The notes: generated by a model not told the origin, from the letters alone. A stretch of DNA of 64,000 bases from Macrostomum lignano (GCA_002269645.1 NIVC01000575.1:310001-374000), one strand, 5' to 3'. Counted from the first letter of the stretch, positions 47,007-59,617 are shown. Made by a program: numbers and translations.

Positions 47007-49388
47007 TTACAATAGTTGGCACTCGCGCTTCTGTCTCCGAACTGGCCGGCGAGGGACCAGGACAAGGCGAATGGCTTCGTCGAAGACGGATTTCACCTCG
47101 GACTGCAGCTTGGATGAGCACTCCAGGTAGGCCGCTGCCTGAACCTCCTTGGCCAGAGCCAGGCCCTGGGAGACGGTTACGGATGCATGCGTCTGTGTTT
47201 ATCTGCATTTAGATACCGGTAGAGGATGGAGGAGATAGGGGAAGGGGAGAAGAAAAATGGGAGATTAGAAAATGAGAGAGTAGAGGAGAGTATGAGAGAC
47301 TAGGTGCGGGTGGTAGGATAAGAGAGTAGATGGGAGGATGAGAGGGTAGAATATGAGAGTAGATGGGATGATGAGAGTAGATAGATGGGATGATGAGAGT
47401 GGATGGGATGATGAGAGAGTAGAGTATGAGAGAAGACTGGGAGGAAGGATGGGAGAATAGAGAGGGAAAAGATGATTGGTTAGTGAGCAAAGAAGGCGGA
47501 CAAAATGGAGCTGGGTAGCGGGGCGATGGGGCGCAGTAGCTGCGCTAATGACAATCAAAATGCAAATGGAGTTGAGCCGCGGTCAGCCTCACCCGGCTCC
47601 AGAGCTCACCTTCTCAGTAGAGACTGGCGCCTTGCCCTTGGCCCTCAGTCTCTCAATTGTGTCGGGGTCTTCGCGCAAATCTCGCTTGGTGCCAACTAGC
47701 AGGATTGGCGCTTCCGGTGCGTAGTGCCGCACTTCCGGTACCCATTTTGAGCGGACATTGTCGCAACTGACCGGGTTTTCGAGCGAGAAGCAGACGATCA
47801 TGACGTCAGTCTGAGGATAGCTCAGAATGCGCAGCTGGTCGTATTCCTCCTGGCCTGGCGGGGCGGATGGAGGAGGGAGAGGGCGGATTGAAGAGGAGCG
47901 AGAGGGCGGATTGAAGAGGAGGGAGGGAGCGGATTAAAAAGAAGAAGGGAGTGGATTGAATAGGAAGGGAGCGGATTGAAGAGGAAGGGAGCGGATTGAA
48001 GATGGAGGGAGTGAGCGGATTGAAGAGGGAGGGAGTGAGCGGATTGAAGAGGAAAGGAGCGGATTGAAGAGGGAGGGAGGGAGCGGATTAAAAAGAAGAA
48101 GGGAGTGGATTGAAGAGGAAAGGAGCGGATTGAAGAGGGAGGGAGAGGGCGGATTGAAGAGGGAGGGAGGGAGCGGATTAAAAAGAAGAAGGGAGTGGAT
48201 TGAAGAGGGAGGGAGGGAGCGGATTGAAGAAGGAGGGAGAAAGCGGATTGAAGAGGGAGGGAGGGAGCGGATTAAAAAGAAGAAGGGAGTGGATTGAAGA
48301 GGAAGGGAGCGGATTGAAGAGGGAGGGAGGGAGCGGATTGAAGAGGAAAGGAGCGGATTGAAGATGGAGGGAGTGAGCGGATTGAAGAGGGAGGGAGGGA
48401 GGGAGCGGATTGGAGAGGAAAGGAGCGGATTGAAGAGGGAGGGAGTGAGCGGATTGAAGAGGGAGGGAGGGAGCGGATTGGAGAGGAAAGGAGCGGATTG
48501 AAGAGGGAGGGAGGGAGCGGATTAAAAAGAAGAAGGGAGTGGATTGAAGAGGAAGGGAGCGGATTGAAGAGGGAGGGAGGGAGCGGATTGGAGAGGAAAG
48601 GAGCGGATTGAAGAGGGAGGGAGGGAGCGGATTAAAAAGAAGAAGGGAGTGGATTGAAGAGGAAGGGAGCGGATTGAAGAGGAAGGGAGCGGATTGAAGT
48701 GGAGGGAGGGGGTGGATTGAAAAGGAAGGGAGGGGGCGGATTGAAGAGGAAAGGAGCGGATTGAAGAGGGAGAGAGGGGGCGGATTAAAAAGGAAGGGAG
48801 GGGGCGGATTGAAGAGGAAAGGAGCGGATTGAAGAGGGAGGCAGGGAGCAGATTGAAGAGGAAAGGAGCGGATTGAAGAGGAAGGGAGCGGATTGAAGAG
48901 GAAGGGAGCGGATTGAAGAGGGAGGGAGGGAGCGGATTGGAGAGGAAAGGAGCGGATTGAAGAGGGAGGGAGGGAGCGGATTAAAAAGAAGAAGGGAGTG
49001 GATTGAAGAGGAAGGGAGCGGATTGAAGAGGAAGGGAGCGGATTGAAGTGGGAGGGAGGGAGCGGATTGAAAAGGAAGGGAGGGGGCGGATTGAAGAGGA
49101 AAGGAGCGGATTGAAAAGGAAGGGAGCGGATTGAAGAGGAAGGGAGCGGATTGAAGAGGAAGGGAGCGGATTGAAGAGCGGGGCTAACACAGACTGAATA
49201 AGCGACCCACCGGCGGTGTCCCACAGGCACAAATTGATGGACTTCTGCTGCACCATCACGTTGGCACTGTAGGTGTCGAACACTGTGGGTATGTACTCTT
49301 CAGGGAACTGGTTGGTTGCGTAAGAGATCAGCAGGCAGGTCTTGCCCACAGCACCGTCGCCAACCACCACGCACTTAATCGATTGCAT
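47007..49388 (-). CDS. Rho-family small GTPase, Rac/RhoG-like (193 aa); exons 49388-49211, 47854-47610, 47165-47007
   Basis: [36 protein letters not shown]|[20 protein letters not shown], a polybasic tail and CAAX CQLL; GT-AG junctions are in phase. Confidence 0.95.
47860..49180. repeat. ~20-24-bp GA-rich minisatellite filling GTPase intron 1 (GGAGCGGATTGAAGAGGAAG)
   Basis: Direct reading; it explains the PFLFNPLP ORFs. Confidence 0.93.
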
Positions 49389-50774
49389 TCTCAGTTCTCA
49401 CTGCTGAAAAATATGCTTTCAGGAGCTGGCAGCGGCTCAGTTGCTTTTGGAATGGGATAAAAAAGGGGAAATGCAGTGGGAGAAGGGGAAGCCAATATAG
49501 GGAGAAATAGCCGCAGCGGACCGGGCAGCAGGGAGGGATAAATAAATCTTCCAACCCCCCTCCTTGCTGCTCCTTCCCTCTATCCCTAGGCCTCCTCAGT
49601 GCGTGAGCAGCTCCTTCCCAAGCTCCACAATCGACCTCCTAGTCTCCCTAGTCCTCCTCCTGTCTGTCCTCCCCCAATCCCAGAAGCCGCAGCGACGGCA
49701 TTACTAGCTCTGCCCGCGGTGCTCCCCAATCTCCCCCTTCCCGTGCCCTCTGGAACTTCACCAACCCCCTCTCGCCTTTAGCACGGCCGCGCACTGCACG
49801 GCAATCGCGAGGAAGGAATGTAAAATGCCTACTTGCCCGACTGCAGCTGGGGCGAGGAGTTGAACTCAAGCAGACCGCTGCCCTCTTGCCCATGCCTCAT
49901 CTCAAACGGCTGGGGAGTCGTGGAGTTCCGTAGCTAGAAGCTGGTTTTAGGCCTACGGACATGAAGTGAGCTCTAGAGAACGCATAGCGCTGAATGGGGT
50001 TTAGCCATAGACAAACTCGGTCTATGAGCATACTAAATGCACTAGCAATACGACTTCTACTTCAGGGTCAATGGTATTAAGCTTATCAAGCTAACGTTTC
50101 TTAGAAAAGCGACCACTGAAGACCGGTAAGCAAGCAATGTTCCAAGCAACATTATTCGTTCTGGTCTAGAAATCCATGTCTCGGAACTAAGAAGAGGTGG
50201 AGGGACCGGCTAAGAATTGAGGGCCGCGGGACTGCCAGCCTCGAGCTGCACTCGCTGCCCCAACTCTATCCTCCATTCGTCTGCTTTCCGGCGGTGCCTA
50301 AAGGATTTCTTATTCCCAGTTTTGGCGAATTCGAATCCGCCCCCACCTCGCCTGCCCCCCTCTACAGTCTATCAAGTGGCAAAGGCAGGGGGTCCTTAAA
50401 CTCTAGACTCGAAGAAACCGAGCTTGCTGAATGTGCCGACAGTTTTAATCGGAATCAGAAATCAATCGCAAGTTAAGCGTAGAGTTTTCTCAATAACAAC
50501 AAGTGGGCAGGAAAGTTTCTTATAACAATCTTTATCTATTGGGCTTGCAATTTTATTGATTTATAAGAAATGACAACTTAAAACTTTTGCAAGCAATTCT
50601 ACAATAGCTACGAAGAAATATGCAGACCCAGACTAAACCAACCTATAGAGTGAATTAAAATGCCTTAGATAAGAAACGAGATCCTTCCTCTACTCAAGTC
50701 CTTAAGATGACCGCCGTTAAATCATTCCCTACTGCATTTCTTTAAAGCAGCCATTGTAACAGAGGGGAAATTTA

Positions 50775-51400
50775 GCTGAGCTCCAACTCACCCTGCAGTG
50801 ATTGGCTGGCAGCTCTGAGCTCCAACTCTCCCTGCTGTGATTGGCTGACAGCTCTGAGCTCCAACTCTTCCTGCTGTGATTGGCTGGCAGCTCTGAGCTC
50901 CAACTCTCTCTGCTGTGATTGGCTGGCAGCTCTGAGCTCCAACTCTCTCTGCTGTGATTGGCTGGCAGCTCTGAGCTCCAACTCTCCCTGATGTGATTGG
51001 CTAGCAGCTCTGAGCTACAGCTCGCCCTGCTGTGATTGGCTGGCAGCTCTGAGCTCCAACTCTCCCTGCTGTGATTGGCTAGCAGCTCTGAGCTCCAACT
51101 CTCTCTGCTGTGATTGGCTGGCAGCTCTGAGCTCCAACTCTCTCTGCTGTGATTGGCTGGCAGCTCTGAGCTCCAACTCTCCCTGATGTGATTGGCTGGC
51201 AGCTCTGAGCTCCAACTCTCCCTGCTGTGATTGGCTGGCAGCTCTGAGCTCCAACTCTCCCTGCTGTGATTGGCTAGCAGCTCTGAGCTCCAACTCTCTC
51301 TGCTGTGATTGGCTAGCAGCTCTGAGCTCCAACTCTCTCTGCTGTGATTGGCTAGCAGCTCTGAGCTCCAGCTCACCCTGCTGTGATTGGTTGGCAGCCC
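50775..51400. repeat. 39-bp minisatellite (GCTCTGAGCTCCAACTCTCYCTGCTGTGATTGGCTRGCA)
   Basis: Period 39, about 16 copies, each containing a CCAAT box on the minus strand. Confidence 0.94.
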
Positions 51401-51938
51401 TGAGCTAGGAGGGACTGTTAGCACTGTACCAGCTGTACATTCCACCTGGCGCCTGATGAGGCGCGGCGATTTTTACAAAAAAATTCGAACTTTAAAGGAA
51501 CTTTTCCAGAAAAAATCGAAAAGCAAATGAACCACCTGTAAGCATTTATATTTATTATAAACCAGAAAATTACCATCACCGATCGTTTTATTAAACAGCA
51601 GCACGACTGTTGTAATTATTGTATAAAAGCTTTTGAGAGACGCTAGTTAATTTCTATTAAAACAATGCTAAAGCGAGTTACATAAGATCGTAACAAGCGT
51701 TAGTTTTTAAGTACAAATTCATAAAAAAATTAAATGCTAAACGGAGGATGCCACAAAAGACTAATCAGGACTGGCTTAAGACAGAAAAAAATTAAAATAC
51801 CTTTACCCATAACGACTAACAGAAACTGCAGTGAGTCAACAGCGTGCGCTTTGAAAACAACTTAAATTGGGATTTTTACCGGACTTAAAAAGAACTGTCC
51901 GACTTGAGCAAAAAACAGGCAGCGTCAATAAATTTCTG

Positions 51939-54705
51939 TCAGTCGATAATGATAGGTCCGCGAGGTCCGCTAGCCTTCGGTCGACCGCGGCCTCGACCGC
52001 GACCTCCGGCACCTCCGACGCCGCCGACGGTAACAGTGTCGACAAAGCCGCTATCCTGGCGAGCAGCGACCGGCAGCCTCGATTCCATAGACACGGCCCG
52101 GGTGAACTCGTGCTCCAGAGCAGCCGGACAATAGTCGCTGGGCGCCGGCGACACGCAATCCTCGTCGACTTCGTCGGCGTAGCGGTCGTCTTGACAACCA
52201 GGCTCGAAAAAGTTCACAGCCGGAGGCGTGGGAGCCGCCGCCGCCGCCGCCGCCGGCAATCGTCGAGCAGCTGGTGGCTGGGCCGGTGGCTGCCAGCAGC
52301 GCTGGCCGCGAAAGCCGCCGCCGCTGCCAGCGCCGCCAGATGAAGCCGCCATATTAGCTGGGCAGCTGCTGGAAGCCAACCGGCGATTGTTGGCCTTAGA
52401 CAGCCAGCCGGCTTTGACAGGCCGCGCAACCGGAGTGTCCAACTCCTTCGGCCCGTGATTCGGCGTACAGGTGAGTTCGAATGGCTCAATGGCCCGTTCA
52501 AGCAGTGTCCAAGCGTGACAGTGAGCGCGCATCAGGGCACAGTGGGTCATGTTGTCCTCCTGCCGATGCCGCTTGCAGGCGTGCTCTTCTCCGGTGTACC
52601 GGTGCCTGTCTAGCAGCTGCGTGATCTGCTGGTCCAGCACCCGATTCTGCATGTGCGACCGGGGGAGGCAAATTGATAGGGTCTATGAAATTTGCTACCA
52701 GGAAATCTGCTAGCCGAAGTTTGCTAGCGAGAAATTTGCTTGCCGAAATCTGCTAGCCGAAGTTTGCTAGCCGAAGTTTGCTAGCCGAAATCTGCTGGCC
52801 GAAGTTTGCTAGCCGAAATCTGCTAGCCGAAACCTGCTAGCCGAGGTTTGCTAGCCGAAGTTTGCTAGCCGAAATCTGCTGGCCGAAGTTTGCCAGCCGA
52901 AGCTTGCTAGCAGGAATTTTGCTAGCGAGGATTTTGCTAGCCGAGATTTGCTAGCAGGAATTTTGCTGGCCGAAAGTTGCTAGCAGGAATTTTGCTAGCG
53001 AGAATTTAGCTAGTCGAAATCTGCTAGCGAGAATCCAACCAAAACCGGCAAGCAGCAATTTGGCTAGCCGAACTCAGGAAGTTGTAATTAGGTAGAGACA
53101 ATTGGCTTGTCCAGTTTCGCAAGAATTTCATTAAATCCTCTATAGCGTCGCTCCACTTTTACCAATCCTCTTCAAATTGGACACAATCCAATTTTCAACT
53201 ATTTTGACACAATCGTATAAAGTTTCGAGTCTCGAAGTTAATTCTGAACGGCACTGTGTACTTTTAAAGCTAGTCTGCTTTTCGTCAGCGAGACAGCCAC
53301 CCCAACCTCCGTCTCTCTCCTTCCTGGCCACTGGACAGATGTGTGAAAGGGGTTTAAAATTGACTAACTTTCAGCTGACACAAGTTTGCTCCACGTATAC
53401 AGCGATTGACTTCAAACTTGATACAATTCTTCATTGACCCATTCTCTGTCCAAATATAGTCTCAACTTTGTACTTCAGTTAGAACAGAAAATGTAGGCAT
53501 GTGAAGTGTCTGCTTTCTCTGTTGTTTGTGCTACTGCACTCACTCATTCCCCCAGACCAAGGATCAGGTGATAGGGCTCAATGTACATAGCAAATGTACA
53601 TTGTTTTGGAATAACTTTTTATAGCCTTCTCTGGTAACGTTAAGCCTTGACAGTTCAGTAAGGAATTCAACTACTGTCCTACTACGAGCTATCTGATTGC
53701 GACTTGAGAGTATTCTGTCCCCCACAATGACAAACTGACTTTCCAAACACTTGAACTGATGCTGATGCTTTTAGGATCTTATAAGAAAGATCCTATAAGA
53801 AAAATATTTAGGAATTTTACTTAGTTCTCTGGGTTTTTTTAGCTAAAACAATGCATTGCCATTGCCAGAAAACAAGCAATATTTTGACGCCGGTTGCAAG
53901 AAGTTCGGTCAGCAAAATTCCTGCTAGCAAAATCCTCGCTAGCAAAATTCCTGCTAGCAAGCTTCGGCTGGCAAACTTCGGCCAGCAGATTTCGGCTAGC
54001 AAACTTCGGCTAGCAGATTTCGGCAAGCAAATTTCTCGCTAGCAAACTTCGGCTAGCAGATTTCGGCTAGCAAACTTCGGCTAGCAGATTTCGGCTAGCA
54101 AACTTCGGCTAGCAGATTTCGGCTAGCAAACTTCGGCTAGCAGATTTCAGCAAGCAAATTTCTCGCTAGCAAACTTCGGCTAGCAGATTTCGGCAAGCAA
54201 ATTTCTCGCTAGCAAACTTCGGCTAGCAGATTTCGGCTAGCAAACTTCGGCTAGCAGATTTCGGCTAGCAAACTTCGGCTAGCAGATTTCGGCTAGCAAA
54301 CTTCGGCTAGCAGATTTCAGCAAGCAAATTTCTCGCTAGCAAACTTCGGCTAGCAGATTTCGGCTAGCAAACTTCGGCTAGCAGATTTCGGCTAGCAAAC
54401 TTCGGCTAGCAGATTTCAGCAAGCAAATTTCTCGCTAGCAAACTTCGGCTAGCAGATTTCGGCAAGCAAATTTCTCGCTAGCAAACTTCGGCTAGCAGAT
54501 TTCCTGCTAGCAAATCTCGTACTCCCAAATCGATACAGGCTCTTAGCACACTTACAGGCTCTGCGACTAAACTAAGACGCATAGATATTAAGCAAAATAG
54601 GCTAAATAAGATAAAAGAAGAGAATTTCTCTTTTATGCCTGTCTGTCTGTTTGTTTGTCTGTCTGTCCGTCTGTTTGTCTGTCTGTCTGTCTGTCTTAGT
54701 GTCCA

Positions 54706-54744
<39 letters not shown>

Positions 54745-54753
54745 TAGTGTCCA

Positions 54754-54796
<43 letters not shown>

Positions 54797-54805
54797 TAGT
54801 GTCCA

Positions 54806-54884
<79 letters not shown>

Positions 54885-57329
54885 CAGCCACCAAAGGTCA
54901 TGTCAAAGGCTAATTAAAACACGCTTTCACCATTCGTTTCTCTTCCGGCAGACAGTTGCTCCCCAGAATAGCCAGAAACAGGCTCTCGAAAGAGAACACT
55001 TTGGTCTTGTTGCTGCAGCTGATCTCTTTGACAAACGGGCAGCCGTCCCGGCTGACAACGGGATTGTTAAAGGCGTAGATCAGAGATTTCTGCATGGCAA
55101 CCAGTCGCTGGGATGGCACAAATATCGGCAGCTGATATTGCTGTTGAGCCTCGGCACTATTTAAACAGAGCGCTTTGAGCTCAATGCACAGCCGAGCCAT
55201 GCTCTCCTCGGCCTCCGGGCAGCTGTGCGTAGGAATGCCGTGCGTGTCCGTCAAGAGATCGCGGCAGTGGCTCTGCAGATGGGTTGGAATGGCGCCAGGC
55301 CGAGGCTGCACAATGCAGTGCACGGAGCCGACCACGCCTCTGGCTAGGCTGAACTTGACAAAGCCGAACTCGGCGGGCACGTACAGATTATTGTCCCGCT
55401 CGTCCGCGTCTACGAACGGGCAAACGTCGCCAACTACAAATTCTGTGCGAATCAGTTCAGACTTGTCGGTCACGTGACCAGCCAAGCTGGACACGATCTT
55501 AGCCGTGTAGCGCTCGAATTCGTGCTTCTTGGCAGCCAATGAGTCGCGCTCGGAGATGTAAGCGCCCTAAGTAGTATGGGAAGGCTTTTAATACTATTTT
55601 GGCACGGGCCCGATCAGAAAAGAATAATTATAAGAAAGCGGCACAGATAAAAAAATATTAACAATCAGGGCGGCACAGATCAAACAAATTGTTAACAATC
55701 AGGGCGGCACAAATAAAAAAATTGTTAACAATCAGAGGCACAGATCAAACAAATTATTAACAAACACAGCGGCACAGATCAAACAAATTATTAACAAACA
55801 CAGCGGCACAGATCAAACAAATTATTAACAAACACAGCGGCACAGATCAAACAAATTATTAACAAACACAGCGGCACAGATCAAACAAATTATTAACAAA
55901 CACAGCGGCACAGATCAAACAAATTATTAACAATAAAGGCGGCACATATCAAACAAATTATTAACAGAGGCACAGATCAAACAAATTATTAACAATCAGA
56001 GCGGCACATATCAAACAAATTATTAACAATCACAGCGGCACAGATCAAACAAATTATTAACAATCAGGGCGGCACAGATCAAACAAATTATTAACAATCA
56101 GGGTGGCACATATCAAACAAATTATTAACAATCAGGGTGGCACAGATCAAACAAATTATTAACAAACACAGCGGCACAGATCAAACAAATTATTAACAAA
56201 CACAGCGGCACAGATCAAACAAATTATTAACAAACACAGCGGCACAGATCAAACAAATTATTAACAAACACAGCGGCACAGATCAAACAAATTATTAACA
56301 ATAAAGGCGGCACATATCAAACAAATTATTAACAGAGGCACAGATCAAACAAATTATTAACAATCAGAGCGGCACAGATCAAACAAATTATTAACAATCA
56401 GGGCGGCACAGATCAAACAAATTATTAACAATCAGGGCGGCACAGATCAAACAAATTATTAACAATCACAGCGGCACAGATCAAACAAATTATTAACAAT
56501 AAAGGCGGCACATATCAAACAAATTATTAACAGAGGCACAGATCAAACAAATTATTAACAATAAAGGCGGCACATATCAAACAAATTATTAACAGAGGCA
56601 CAGATCAAACAAATTATTAACAATAAAGGCGGCACATATCAAACAAATTATTAACAGAGGCACAGATCAAACAAATTATTAACAATAAAGGCGGCACATA
56701 TCAAACAAATTATTAACAGAGGCACAGATCAAACAAATTATTAACAAACACAGCGGCACAGATCAAACAAATTATTAACAATCACAGCGGCACAGATCAA
56801 ACAAATTATTAACAATCAGGGCGGCACAGATCAAACAAATTATTAACAATCAGGGCGGCACAGATCAAACAAATTATTAACAAACACAGCGGCACAGATC
56901 AAACAAATTATTAACAAACACAGCGGCACAGATCAAACAAATTATTAACAATCACAGCGGCACAGATCAAACAAATTATTAACAATCAGGGCGGCACAGA
57001 TCAAACAAATTATTAGCAATCACAGCGGTAGTCAGGTGACTACAATGAAGCCCAATTACCTCACTGTCCCGCCGGAACTGGTCGCCATACATGTCATCAT
57101 AACGGCGATTTTCAGCCTTAGCGAGTTTTTCATATCGCCGCTGCTCCTCCAAGGACAGACGATCGAAGGCTTCTGTAGCCGCATTGATCAGCTGCATGTT
57201 GGACATGGGTAGATTGCGCAAGTCTGCCCGTCTCCCGCGCAGATCTCGGGTGAACAAGGTGATTGCTGTGACCCGGCGGCGTTTAGGCTTGCCATCATCG
57301 CCCAGTTGTACATTTGGCGGCAGTGGCAT
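51939..57329 (-). CDS. mael: Maelstrom (HMG-box + MAEL domain piRNA-pathway protein), about 537 aa; exons 57329-57060, 55566-54931, 52646-51939
   Basis: Exon 1 is HMG-box-like ([28 protein letters not shown]). Exon 2 has MAEL motifs [26 protein letters not shown]. Exon 3 has HACKRH..THCAL, completing the E-C-H-C zinc site. Phase-0 GT-AG junctions; the exon 2 donor is the least certain. Confidence 0.87.
52686..54519. mobile_element. Foldback / MITE-like element with arms made of 14-bp tandem units, in mael intron 2
   Basis: The left arm (52686-~53070, GCTAGCCGAA units) is the reverse complement of the right arm (~53905-54519, TTCGGCTAGC units). The termini TGAAATTTGCTACCAGG and CCTGCTAGCAAATCTCG are flanked by TA on both sides. 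Confidence 0.8.
53131..53632 (+). mobile_element. Partial copy of the Helitron-like family (core only)
   Basis: Colinear with about 60680-61195 and the reverse complement of about 31760-32540. Confidence 0.75.
54639..54884. repeat. (CTGT)n microsatellite
   Basis: Direct reading, with three CTTAGTGTCCAT interruptions. Confidence 0.95.
55630..57030. repeat. 34-bp minisatellite filling mael intron 1 (GCGGCACAGATCAAACAAATTATTAACAAWCASA)
   Basis: Period 34, about 41 copies. Confidence 0.95.
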
Positions 57330-59362
57330 GACTGATGGCTTTGGTTGTTAATTCTGCACTAGAAACCGATTAACCTGATCTTTTATAATATACTTCATTG
57401 ATATTTAAAAAACTACACCATCCTAATTTTATCTTCTATTTCTTATGCCACTGCTAGGAATAACCATAAATGACAATAATGAATATCAACCGACAGCAAA
57501 TAAGAATTATTTTCACCTTTCCCTTATTAGTACTTTATAATACCATAGAAAATCATTTGGGCTTACGCGCAATTAACTTAATCCAAGATATGTTTGCCAA
57601 TGTAAATGAGTTTTGTCTATGGTCAATATGGTCATAAATTTGATATTTTGGTAAAATAATGTTTTGGCACATTACAAAAGTAATGATTGTTTTGGCAAGT
57701 TCAAAAAAGGTTTACTATATAGAACTTAGAAGAATGACTACTCAACTATGATATTTCCTACCCTCTTTTCGAATGAAGGACCTAGCAGATAGAACAAACA
57801 AGGCAGATTCCAATGAATACATTGCACTAAATTGCCTAGCTAGAATTGCACAAATTTGAATGAAGATAAATTGCCAACATTGCATAAGATCTATTTTGAA
57901 AATTGTCCCAGTTTTATTTTGAAAACTACCTTATGCCAAGAATAAATGAATAACAAAAAACAAAAAAAGATAAAAACAATTAAATAATTAAAAGCTTTAC
58001 AATACAAATAAAAATATTAAAAGTAACAAAGAGGTAAAATTAACAAATAGAGAGCAAGCCTTCATCTAAAAAATTAAAAAATATAAAAAACCTATATAAA
58101 AATAATAAACTGGAAACAAGCCTTTACCTTAAATAGATATTGCATTTTAAAAGGGAACTGGCTACTTTGGTGGCAGTCATTTTGATTTTTGGTGTTTTCC
58201 ATTTAGTAAGAAATTAAAAAATTTTCAAATTGCTAGTTTACAAATTAATAAAATATATGCCATATAGCATTGTGTCTTCAAAATGAAAAAGTTCTCAAAA
58301 TTGAGTTTGCCAAAATATTACAATATTTTACTAAAACATTATTTGCCAAAACATTACTTTGCTAAAGTTCCATGTAATCTATCAAATAGTAGGCCTATAT
58401 CTATAGCTATTATAGAATTCTAATGCCCAAACTCTAGTCTAGCCTTTGTTATAATAATAGGCTAAATTCTAAATATATAAAACATTAGAAGAAAAGAAAA
58501 ATGTTTATCATATCTCTAATAATTAAACAAACACATACCTTAATTGTTGTTGACAAACCAAGCTGACAGAATGCTTAGTAATGAGGAAAATTATAATGTT
58601 CCACTGTAGCCATAGCTATAGCTATGGGATCCTACAGCAAATATGGTAAAATAGGTACCTATGGCAACTATGGATATCCCTATAGTAGCTAGCTGCTCTT
58701 ATGGCTACAACTATGGAAATATGGTAGTTGCTATCACATTCCATAGATTTAGCCATAGCCCTTAGCCATAGTTATTAATTTAAAAAAAAATTTTTTTAAA
58801 TATTAAAAACAGGTAGAATAAAACAAAGATACTTTATACGTCTTTAGTAAACTGTATTATCAACTTAGAATTAGAAACATATAGTTACATAGAATATACC
58901 AAATAAAGTACAATAAAACTTTAGCAAACTCTAATTTTTATTAATGTGAAAAAGTTTAGCATTAGTAGGCCTATTTTCAGTAGCAATTAAGTATTGTTGC
59001 TATTGTAGGCCTATAAAAGTTCTATTAGAAGTTTCTAGATTGACTAGAATAGAAGTTATATTAGTATTAGGCCTAGTAGGGCCTAAACATTATATTTATA
59101 CTTAATTATTTCTATTTAAGCATTACTTAACTATAAAACAACTTAATAATTAATACTTAAACCATTATTTATACTTACTTGTTGATACATACATGGACTG
59201 CCGGCGATGTCTATGGCACTACTCACCTACTCGGTTCGTGGCGGAGTATAGGCAGCAGCTTGCACTCGCTCCTTGCTCCCCTTCCCACTCTCGCATGAGC
59301 TTTGACTTATCGCATTGAGTCTTCACTTGTTAAATTTTATTAAATTTTACTCGAACTGCAAC

Positions 59363-59617
59363 ATGGCTGGGCGCCCAGCGGCACCTACATTCATCGTCCC
59401 TCCTGGACAACTGCGTCCCTCGCTGGAGCTGTGCGACATAAACTTTACGATGCGCGAGCTGGCCAACATCACCCAGACGCCTAGAGACTGCATCAACTGG
59501 ATGGCAACCTTCCATCTTCTGGCCAACCAACAGACATGCTCAACATGCCCCGGAGCCCCGGCGATGCGTCTGCAGCAGCGCACGGGCGATCGCTTTATGG
59601 ACGGGCTTGCTTGGGCA
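59363..59617 (+). pseudogene. Truncated Merlin / IS1595-like transposase N-terminal zinc-finger fragment
   Basis: RDCINWMATFHLLANQQTCSTCPGAPAMRL...DGLAW matches the C..W...LL.N...CxxC..M.L...DG..W(RC) pattern; the frame degenerates before the second CxxC. Confidence 0.6.

Noticed and set aside
50729-51445. 238-aa SRESWSSELPANH repeat protein
   Set aside because: In-frame translation of the 39-bp minisatellite, with no splice or unique-domain support.
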